From a virus, in the IMG/VR virus record IMGVR_UViG_3300046490_000025: a stretch of 39,689 bases of DNA; one strand, written 5' to 3'. The notes below the pieces were generated by a model. The model worked only from the letters and a program-made list of their open reading frames with translations, ran no database searches and was not told the DNA's origin. Shown here piece after piece: positions 6,889-13,991 of this stretch. The position numbers and the translations under genes were made by a program. The first letter of the stretch is position 1. Each line of letters opens with the position of its first letter.

Positions 6889-6980
6889 ACCGGAATAACA
6901 CAAGTCATTGATTTTATTTATTATTGTGTATTGAATCTGCCAGAAACCGCCTTAAAACGGCCTTTTTTGACGAGTGAATT

Positions 6981-7009
6981 TTGACCATTAAAAGTTATTG
7001 ATTTATATG
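6981..7009 (+). promoter_or_regulatory. Weak plus-strand promoter candidate
   Basis: TTGACC - 17 nt - TATATG. Confidence 0.25.
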
Positions 7010-7100
7010 ATGTTTTAGGCCAGAAAAACGCCCGAAAACGCCAATTTTGCCTAAGTCTGATTTAATGGCTATGGTTGCCCGCAAAAGCATTCTACACGCG

Positions 7101-7129
7101 CACACGACGCGCCTTGAATTTGCTATAAT
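7101..7129 (+). promoter_or_regulatory. Plus-strand extended -10 promoter candidate (TGCTATAAT)
   Basis: tgctataat at 7121..7129 fits TGnTATAAT exactly; the -35 is poor. Confidence 0.4.
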
Positions 7130-7135
7130 GGAATC

Positions 7136-7262
7136 AATGCAAAAGCCCCATGTTTGGCGTTTGGCGTTAAAAGGCTGTTCCAATCCTCTGCCAAGATTCG
7201 TGGAACTGCCGCTTGTTTAATGAAAGAGCCGGGTTGTTTCGCGACTTCCCGGCTTTTCTTTG
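7136..7262 (+). ncRNA. Candidate small plus-strand transcript (sRNA or leader of a 51-codon ORF at 7065..7220)
   Basis: It is bounded by the extended -10 promoter and a plus-strand intrinsic terminator. It contains the tandem gtttggc gtttggc. It is the only plus-strand unit in the genome. Confidence 0.35.
7227..7262 (+). terminator. Rho-independent terminator (plus strand)
   Basis: Stem agccggg (7227..7233) / cccggct (7248..7254), followed by tttctttg. Confidence 0.55.
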
Positions 7263-7277
7263 CCCAAAATTTCAGGC

Positions 7278-7308
7278 AAAAAAAAAGCCCGCTCAAGGGG
7301 AAGCGGGC
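7278..7308 (-). terminator. Rho-independent terminator ending the late (tail/lysis) transcript
   Basis: Stem gcccgct (7287..7293) / agcgggc (7302..7308). On the minus strand it is followed by nine U (A9 at 7278..7286). Confidence 0.75.
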
Positions 7309-7377
7309 AAATTGGAAACAACGAAATGAGAAGGTAGGCAAAAAATTAACCTACATCATGCGCCATCCATGACGAAA

Positions 7378-7470
7378 TTACAACATAAAAAACACGGTCG
7401 CCACGAGTGCTATCATTGCGGCTAAAAACAGCAACAGACATCCTAGGTCGCGGTTTTCGTTTTTAAGCAT
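7378..7470 (-). CDS. Possible 30-aa membrane peptide at the end of the lysis cluster
   Basis: My translation is MLKNENRDLGCLLLFLAAMIALVATVFFML: a polar N-terminus followed by one hydrophobic helix. Confidence 0.3.
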   Translation of the reverse strand: MLKNENRDLGCLLLFLAAMIALVATVFFML

Positions 7471-7502
7471 CAGTTTTAGTCTATTGTCTAGTTCCCGGTC
7501 AT

Positions 7503-7778
7503 TCAACTGTCATTCTCCAGAATTATACTGTATTGCCTCCTGTGCCGCCGCCTGTCAAATATTATGCATATTGCTATTGATGCTATTATAAGCGATGTGC
7601 TTATATCCGGTATTCTTCCATTTAATACCTCTAAAAAACCAAACATGCTGGCATTTGATACTGCGGTAATTCCAAGCGAGTAGGGTATGTTTACAAATAT
7701 CTTTATTTTATCTAATGATACCATGGCCCATACTAGGACTATGATAGAACCCCATAGGTATAACAATACTGAGAACAT
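7503..7778 (-). CDS. Membrane protein, holin-like (91 aa, about 3 TM segments, basic C-terminus)
   Basis: Hydrophobic segments are followed by RRRHRRQ. It sits at the end of the late operon. AT-rich. Confidence 0.5.
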   Translation of the reverse strand: MFSVLLYLWGSIIVLVWAMVSLDKIKIFVNIPYSLGITAVSNASMFGFLEVLNGRIPDISTSLIIASIAICIIFDRRRHRRQYSIILENDS

Positions 7779-7779
7779 T

Positions 7780-8100
7780 TCATTTACCCCTGTATTTTTT
7801 TATTGTTGCCAAAGGATCTGAACTTGCCTTTGATGCTGATTTTAGCAGTCCCGGTACTATTGCCATTGTGGTCAATCCGATAATGAACGCAACTCCGACC
7901 TCAAGTCGGACGTTTAGTTTCATGAACTCCGCCACCAAAGGGGAGACATATACGGCGCATAACATGCTTGCGCCGACAGATGTAAACATGCGAAAAGCCC
8001 CAAGCCGTTGGACAGAAACAAGATACACTGAAGACCCGCAGAACCCGGCCCACAGTGAAGAAAGCTTTATCCCGAGCAATTCCAGCATACCGTATTCCAT
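7780..8100 (-). CDS. Membrane protein, holin-like (106 aa, about 3 TM segments)
   Basis: Hydrophobic segments, charged C-terminus KSASKASSDPLATIKKYRGK. It lies directly after the tail fibre gene. Confidence 0.5.
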   Translation of the reverse strand: MEYGMLELLGIKLSSLWAGFCGSSVYLVSVQRLGAFRMFTSVGASMLCAVYVSPLVAEFMKLNVRLEVGVAFIIGLTTMAIVPGLLKSASKASSDPLATIKKYRGK

Positions 8101-8135
8101 AAAAAAAATCAGTGATTTATTACCGAATAATTGAA

Positions 8136-10556
8136 TTAAATTACGCCCACGGGCATGATGTTGTCGGCATTGTTGGTGAGCATGTGGATGTCGCCGTTGG
8201 TGATGATCATTCCTTTTGTGTACACTGTTATATAGGATGTATTTGTATAGTAGTCATAAATACAGAAAAGAACATTATTATCAATATCCTCTAATACCTG
8301 ATAAGGATATTCTTCTCTAGGGTAACCGCCATATCCTGAATAAATAGAAAGGAATTCAGTAGTATGTCCTGGAGCATAAATGTCTCCGCTTTGTTGATTA
8401 TCACCTGATATTATTATATTCCATTTATAGTACATATTGCAAATTGAAACGCTATTGATAACATCCCATCCAGAAGTAACGCAAGCCCCTATTTTTGGAT
8501 TTAAAAATAATGGTCTTATTGAATATAACGGTTGCGGCATTGGAGACATGTCATAACCGAAAAACCTTATACCGTCATATTCCATTGACTCACTTTTTTC
8601 AGCATCGTTTCCCTCGCCTTGAAAAGTGCTTATATGATTTACATATTTTATACTGTCTCCGCTATACCCTACCCATAAGGTTCTTTTTGTTGAATTTCCA
8701 TAAACAGGATTTATATACTCTATATAAAGATTTGAATACCCAATTATTATGCCAGTTAGCTGGCCAGTAGGGTACATTCCTCTTTCATAATAAGCGAAAA
8801 ATACAGCCGCTATTTCTGTGCAGCTTTCATTAAATTCCCAAATTGACAATTGCCCTGTTCCGAATGTTGGATTCCACGCCGGGTTGTTTGAGACATATTG
8901 CGTAAATCCAACAGGGTCATAATCGCCGTATTTTCCCAACAATATCCAGTCTATTGTTGTTTTCTTACCGTCAGGGAATTTGCCCTTGTAAACGCTTGAA
9001 TCAGCAACCATGTAAATGTAGGGAATTCCTGCCTCGTCTTTTAGCCGAACCCCGAAAACATCCCCTTGGCATTGGTATGCCTTGCCGTTGCAGTAGACAA
9101 ATTGTCCGGAGTGAGTGTGGATTCCATAAGGGCAAAAAGCCCCCTCAAACGGCCCAATCCATGAAACGACATACCATTTAACTCCGATCTTCAACTTATC
9201 AAACAAGCTACCAAAATTCAAAGACGATCTTTCTGTTAGCTTGTAAACCCCGGCCTTTTTTTGGATTATCTTTTTGTTATTATCGACGGTAATCCCAAAC
9301 CCGTGCGGGTTGCACTCGCGCGGGTTTTCGACAAAGCCGATAACCTTTGGCTTTGCCGGGTCACGGTCGGTGAACTCGACTACCACAAAATCCCCAACCT
9401 CGAATGCCGCCGAGTGGCAATCCATGTAGGCGAACGGCACCTTGGTTAATGCCGTCTTTCCCACCGCCGCCACGTTTGCGCCGGTCCCTTCGTAGTGCAT
9501 GACTTTAGTCACGTCAATCGTAGGCGTGAATTTGGTGTAAATCGCCTTAAGTTCCACGTCGCAGAGGTCGCCATTGATCGCAGTGATATGCGCCCGCCTG
9601 AAGCGCGGTTTAAATTCGTTTAGATAGGGAAGTATGGAAAGATTGAACCAAGCCTGTTCGGGAGACATCAATTCCAAGTTGACTAGCCCGCCGTCCTTGG
9701 TTTTGTCGTAGGGTTCCGGCGTGAACCCAGCCCCTAGCAAAGTCGGTATCGCCCCCACTTCGCCCGGTATGTCGATTGTCGCCACTTCGCCCACTAGGTC
9801 TGTTGTGTAGTCCGCGCACCATGCCGTGATTTCCTTTTTATCAGGCAAAGTCTCAAGTGCCTTTTTTTGCAGTTGCGCCGATTGGATGTCCATTGCGGTT
9901 TGCGCCAAGTCGGTGCGGTAAAGCGATTCGAGATACCGGCTGTCGTTTACCGCCTTTATCGCCGACGCCATTTTGTCCTGCAACGCCTTGGGAATTTCAG
10001 ATTTCATCCCGTCAATTTGGGATTTTATGCCGTCGCGGGTTTTGACCGCCGCCGCAAGTTCCGCCTTTCGATCGGTAAAGTCCTGATCGTCTGAAATGAT
10101 GTTGGCTTGGGATTGTGCTATAGCGGACATAAGGTCGCTGCCAGGCACGTTACCCGGTGCTGGAAATGCGATAATACGGGCTTTTTCCGCTTCCATCGCC
10201 GCAAGTTCAGCCCGGTCTGATGAAAGGATGTAGTCGGCATCCTCAACCTCAACCTCAGCCCCGGCCACCACATAATCCGCATCGGAAAGGCTTGCCGTGA
10301 GCGTCGCCTTGGTGCTTTGGTAGGTTTCTTGGAAAACGATTATTTCGTCAACAACCAAGCCGCTCGCCGTTACAAGCTTGCCGGTTTCGATTATTTGCTT
10401 GTCTAGTATTTCCTGCGTCGTTGCCGTGTGGTCGTTTTTCTGCTTGATGATCGCATCAATCTTGTCTATCGCCGGTTGCCTAAGCCCGGTATTCAAGGCC
10501 AGATCGACTAGGTACTTGCCCTCCCCGATGTTGGTTTTGATCGTGGCCTTTCCCAT
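8136..10556 (-). CDS. Tail fibre / host-specificity protein (806 aa), chimeric
   Basis: It is the last large gene of the tail module. The N-terminal half is coiled-coil plus a conserved region (AWCADYTTDLVGEVATIDIPGE). The C-terminal half is Y/G/N/W-rich and beta-type, with a clear drop in GC. Confidence 0.7.
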   Translation of the reverse strand: MGKATIKTNIGEGKYLVDLALNTGLRQPAIDKIDAIIKQKNDHTATTQEILDKQIIETGKLVTASGLVVDEIIVFQETYQSTKATLTASLSDADYVVAGAEVEVEDADYILSSDRAELAAMEAEKARIIAFPAPGNVPGSDLMSAIAQSQANIISDDQDFTDRKAELAAAVKTRDGIKSQIDGMKSEIPKALQDKMASAIKAVNDSRYLESLYRTDLAQTAMDIQSAQLQKKALETLPDKKEITAWCADYTTDLVGEVATIDIPGEVGAIPTLLGAGFTPEPYDKTKDGGLVNLELMSPEQAWFNLSILPYLNEFKPRFRRAHITAINGDLCDVELKAIYTKFTPTIDVTKVMHYEGTGANVAAVGKTALTKVPFAYMDCHSAAFEVGDFVVVEFTDRDPAKPKVIGFVENPRECNPHGFGITVDNNKKIIQKKAGVYKLTERSSLNFGSLFDKLKIGVKWYVVSWIGPFEGAFCPYGIHTHSGQFVYCNGKAYQCQGDVFGVRLKDEAGIPYIYMVADSSVYKGKFPDGKKTTIDWILLGKYGDYDPVGFTQYVSNNPAWNPTFGTGQLSIWEFNESCTEIAAVFFAYYERGMYPTGQLTGIIIGYSNLYIEYINPVYGNSTKRTLWVGYSGDSIKYVNHISTFQGEGNDAEKSESMEYDGIRFFGYDMSPMPQPLYSIRPLFLNPKIGACVTSGWDVINSVSICNMYYKWNIIISGDNQQSGDIYAPGHTTEFLSIYSGYGGYPREEYPYQVLEDIDNNVLFCIYDYYTNTSYITVYTKGMIITNGDIHMLTNNADNIMPVGVI

Positions 10557-10559
10557 GAC

Positions 10560-10793
10560 TCAACTTCGCGCCCGTGTGCGCCTGTCTCGCCTGACTGTCA
10601 GCCTACGACTGGAAAGCGGGGTGATGGCAAGCTGCCCGTAGTCGCCTTTATCTCCGTCATCCCCGGCAACAATCACGTCCATGCCACTCCCCTCAATTCG
10701 TATATTAAAAAGCCACTCGCCTTCATCCGTGCAAACCCCGACTTCATTGGCTATGCATACGATTTCCTGCTTTTCAGTGTCGATTATTTTCAT
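10560..10793 (-). CDS. Hypothetical tail-module protein (77 aa)
   Basis: ORF track; 4-nt overlap with the upstream gene. Confidence 0.5.
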   Translation of the reverse strand: MKIIDTEKQEIVCIANEVGVCTDEGEWLFNIRIEGSGMDVIVAGDDGDKGDYGQLAITPLSSRRLTVRRDRRTRARS

Positions 10794-12412
10794 TCGTAGA
10801 TTTCCATGGTTTCCATTGACGAGGTTACGTTCAGTTGGATGTTGTTGGCAACTAGCACATGCCCTCCGATTGATACCGTGTCGCCCACAGTCAGATCGTT
10901 TGAGGGAGTGCAGCGAACCCGCTTCTTGCCGTTGACGGTAGCGACATAAGAAAGTTCGTTTAGCTCAATCAACTTTGCCACACGGTTGGTTTTGGTCGAT
11001 TTCCCGGTTAGGATGATGCTGGCATTTTTCGGCCCGATGTCGATTTGCAATCCTGTCAAGTCTCCGTGTTCAATCAAAGAATCATCGCTTGTTCCGTCCG
11101 AATAATCCTGAATCCTATTTATGTAAAGCGTGGCATTGGAAAGGCTGTTTACCTTATCGACATATTCGACGGTGAATGGAATTACCGCATTTATGCTTGA
11201 CGGTGTTCCGCTCCTGCTTGAAACAGATAGGCTTGATATTGGCAGTATGTGGATAGGCCCGATAATTGTATATGCGAATTTGAAACTATAAATTTCAAGG
11301 TGGCAATCGCTATTATCATAGCCATAATCTTCCCATGTTGCCGAAAAATAGATATATGATATATCTGAATTATAACTTGGAATGATAACTTCTATTTCGT
11401 TTCTTTCAAATACTATGCTAGTTTGATATTCAAGTATTGGCGATAAATTAGAATCATATAAAATTACAAGTATTTTACTTCTATCCGCAAAAACAAACTT
11501 GCTATCGTCATGGACAAAATTAAAATCGACTATTATGCTTGTGCGCCTATATCCTATATTCCATCCGTTTGTAGGTATAAGCATAATTCCATTGCCATGT
11601 CCAGAAACAGTCCTCCAATAATTATTTTCATAGTATCCATTATATAAAGGATTTCCTTCTTGTACTACAGGAGTTGCCTGTAGCGTCCTATCCTCTATTA
11701 TTTTCTCATAGCCCTGATAGCCGAGTATGTACTTTGTCCCGATCAACTGCTTGGCGATGGTCGGCGGTAAAGCCGTTATATTGGCTATCGCCTCAACTTC
11801 TATTTCAGCCGTGCCGGTTACTGGCAGGAGCACCCCGCCGATGCACTCTACTTCAATCTCCGCAACGCCGTCCCTTGCTATCGTGCCTATGCCTATGCCG
11901 TCTCCTATGCACTCGGCTTCAATCTCTGCAACGCCATAGACTGGCTCCGTCAAAGCAACGCCGTCTCCGATGCACTCGGCTTCAATCTCAATTATCCCGT
12001 GCGGAGTAGATGCGTCCTCGGAAAATTCTATGCCGGTGACTTTTAAAGTAGTCGCGGCTATGCTGGTGTGGTAGACATAAAAAATAACAATGTCTCCAGT
12101 CTGCCCTGAAATGTCCAGAAGATACTCATGCGAACCGGAAAACCCGGTAAATGTCGCATTGTTTATCAGCGAAAACCCGGCTTCAAACAATGCCGGTGAG
12201 ACATCAAAAACAGAGTCGGTCGTGGTTATGTCAACAGTAACCCGCATCTGCGTGGGCCGGTATCCATCCGCCCATGTATGCCCGGTAGAATCGAGGAATA
12301 CCTCACCCATGGCGGAATAATCCGCCGTCAACTCCCAAGACGTTCCGTTCCAATGCCCGTTAAGCGGGTCATTGTATGCATTCCAATCGGCAAGTCGGGA
12401 AACCCAAGCCAC
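10790..12412 (-). CDS. Distal tail / baseplate-like protein with internal tandem repeats (about 540 aa; start uncertain)
   Basis: The track ORF runs to 12607, but its first 65 codons are R/G-rich and overlap 12415..12843. A GTG at 12412 follows that gene's stop. The translation contains 4 AEIE(A/V)ECIGDG-type repeats. Confidence 0.6.
   Translation of the reverse strand: MAWVSRLADWNAYNDPLNGHWNGTSWELTADYSAMGEVFLDSTGHTWADGYRPTQMRVTVDITTTDSVFDVSPALFEAGFSLINNATFTGFSGSHEYLLDISGQTGDIVIFYVYHTSIAATTLKVTGIEFSEDASTPHGIIEIEAECIGDGVALTEPVYGVAEIEAECIGDGIGIGTIARDGVAEIEVECIGGVLLPVTGTAEIEVEAIANITALPPTIAKQLIGTKYILGYQGYEKIIEDRTLQATPVVQEGNPLYNGYYENNYWRTVSGHGNGIMLIPTNGWNIGYRRTSIIVDFNFVHDDSKFVFADRSKILVILYDSNLSPILEYQTSIVFERNEIEVIIPSYNSDISYIYFSATWEDYGYDNSDCHLEIYSFKFAYTIIGPIHILPISSLSVSSRSGTPSSINAVIPFTVEYVDKVNSLSNATLYINRIQDYSDGTSDDSLIEHGDLTGLQIDIGPKNASIILTGKSTKTNRVAKLIELNELSYVATVNGKKRVRCTPSNDLTVGDTVSIGGHVLVANNIQLNVTSSMETMEIYE
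11785..12005. repeat. Imperfect tandem repeat, period about 63-66 nt, 3-4 units, inside the tail gene
   Basis: (g/t)atgcactc(g/t)(g/a)cttcaatctc units start at 11840, 11906 and 11969, with a degenerate unit near 11790. Confidence 0.7.
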
Positions 12413-12414
12413 GG

Positions 12415-12843
12415 TTATAAAATCCTGATTACCGTACTGGTAGTCAACTGCGGAGTCACGCCGGTGGCGATGGAAATTGGCGCACTCAACTCTCCGAAAA
12501 AGTCCAAAGTCCCCGCCCCGCTTGCGCTTCGACCTATGCCCCAATGCGTCGCCGTGTTGGCCCCGCCCGTGCAAGGCCCGCCGTTGACCGCCGCCGCCGG
12601 TTTGCATTCGTTGTTAGTCACAGTCCAGTCCGTGTCGTTGCGGTTGAGTTCCACGCGGGCATGGCCCGTATAGTCAACTTCGTTGGTCGCCTGGGTTCCG
12701 GCGATTCCGGGTGAGTCAGTATGGAATGAGAGGTATATTTTCGTGGCGGGTGTGGCCAAGGTGTCGTCGGCAATGTTAGCAATGTCAACGGCTTGGAAGT
12801 AAAGTTTTAAAAGGCTGTTCGCCATTTGCGTGGTGGTTGACAT
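12415..12843 (-). CDS. Hypothetical virion/tail protein (142 aa)
   Basis: ORF track; beta-rich composition; tail module. Confidence 0.55.
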   Translation of the reverse strand: MSTTTQMANSLLKLYFQAVDIANIADDTLATPATKIYLSFHTDSPGIAGTQATNEVDYTGHARVELNRNDTDWTVTNNECKPAAAVNGGPCTGGANTATHWGIGRSASGAGTLDFFGELSAPISIATGVTPQLTTSTVIRIL

Positions 12844-12846
12844 GGC

Positions 12847-13194
12847 TTAACTCATGGTCGATTTGATTAAAAAAGAGACAGTCCCGGTGTTGCCGTCCAC
12901 GCGGTAGTAATCCACAGCCCCGATGAAACAGCCGAGCCGGTTGGTTAGGACGAGCAACGGGTTGTTGCGGACGATGGCCCGTATAGCGTCGTCAATAGTT
13001 TGTGTCAGCGGGATTCTAAGGAATACCGTGGTGTCGGAATTGGTAACGCCAAAATCAGTTATCACGGAATTTCCGTCAAGCGTGGCAGTACGCGAAACCC
13101 GCCTGGACACGCCGCCGATGTTGGACGACTCAAGGCATTTCAGCAAGATCGCGCCCGCAGGGTCGTAGTTGGGTGTGCTGAGTCCGATAATCAT
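12847..13194 (-). CDS. Hypothetical minor tail protein (115 aa)
   Basis: ORF track; its position downstream of the tape measure is where distal tail proteins are usually found. Confidence 0.55.
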   Translation of the reverse strand: MIIGLSTPNYDPAGAILLKCLESSNIGGVSRRVSRTATLDGNSVITDFGVTNSDTTVFLRIPLTQTIDDAIRAIVRNNPLLVLTNRLGCFIGAVDYYRVDGNTGTVSFLIKSTMS

Positions 13195-13946
13195 TGCCCA
13201 TGCTCTGTTAAAAACATATTGGCAACAATTTCCGACTTGTCATAAACAGCAGCAAATTGCATTACGCTGGATTTTGCCATCTGAAATATGTCTTTGTAAA
13301 ACATCTTTTTTTCCATGCCTTCCCTCAATGCCTTCTTTACTATGTTATCGCCTATCGAAATGGTAATGAGTTGGTCCTTTGTCATCACGTCGCGCAAGTT
13401 TTTGAACTTACCGGAAACGATGAACAACAGGGAATTTTCCATTGTGCTGATGTTCATAAAATACTTATCCGGCGACTTTGAACCCTGTTCCCTGGCATAG
13501 TCAACGAACTTCTGTATCCAGTCGGTTTCATCAATCCTGTTGGACTTCCCGTCTTTCCTTGATTCTATCCATTCCGCATCGGTCCTTTGCTCGGTTGTCT
13601 TGGCTAAAACATTTCGAATCCTGTAGTAGTCCCTTACCAGCATTTTTTTAAAAGGGACAGACTTTTCACTGTTCCTCATCAATGTCCCTAGGAAAGTAGC
13701 CTGTTCCTCATTTAAAAAAAGGATGGTTTCCTGTCTCTTTCCGCCATCGTAGATAGCATTTGAAATGCTATCTAGCTTGATTGATTTCTTTCCTGAAGTA
13801 CCTGGAATATTGCCAAATTCTATAAAGTCGCTTAGATATGTTTGAACCAATTTTATGACTGATCTATGCTCAACTCCGAATCCCTCCGCTATCAGCTTAG
13901 TGCTTGCCCTTGGCTCCCCGTTGTATGGGACTACTAAATCTTTCAT
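13191..13946 (-). CDS. Rha-family phage regulatory protein (moron inside the tail module)
   Basis: STKLIAEGFGVEHRSVIKLVQTYLSDFIEFG resembles the Rha N-terminal domain and the paralog at 32003..32749. AT-rich. I place the start at the ATG at 13946. Confidence 0.65.
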   Translation of the reverse strand: MKDLVVPYNGEPRASTKLIAEGFGVEHRSVIKLVQTYLSDFIEFGNIPGTSGKKSIKLDSISNAIYDGGKRQETILFLNEEQATFLGTLMRNSEKSVPFKKMLVRDYYRIRNVLAKTTEQRTDAEWIESRKDGKSNRIDETDWIQKFVDYAREQGSKSPDKYFMNISTMENSLLFIVSGKFKNLRDVMTKDQLITISIGDNIVKKALREGMEKKMFYKDIFQMAKSSVMQFAAVYDKSEIVANMFLTEHGQ

Positions 13947-13991
13947 GATGTTGCTCTTTTGTGAAAAGCATATCATAGCATATTTATGCTG

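Noticed and set aside
7154-7372. 72-aa plus-strand ORF in the non-coding hub
   Set aside because: It would read straight through two intrinsic terminator hairpins and an A9 tract. Its K/R-rich composition comes from the A-rich sequence, and it has no SD.
12413-12607. N-terminal 65 codons of the track ORF 10790..12607
   Set aside because: They translate to an R/G/H-rich string and fully overlap the well-formed 12415..12843 gene in another frame. This is probably just an open frame upstream of the true start.
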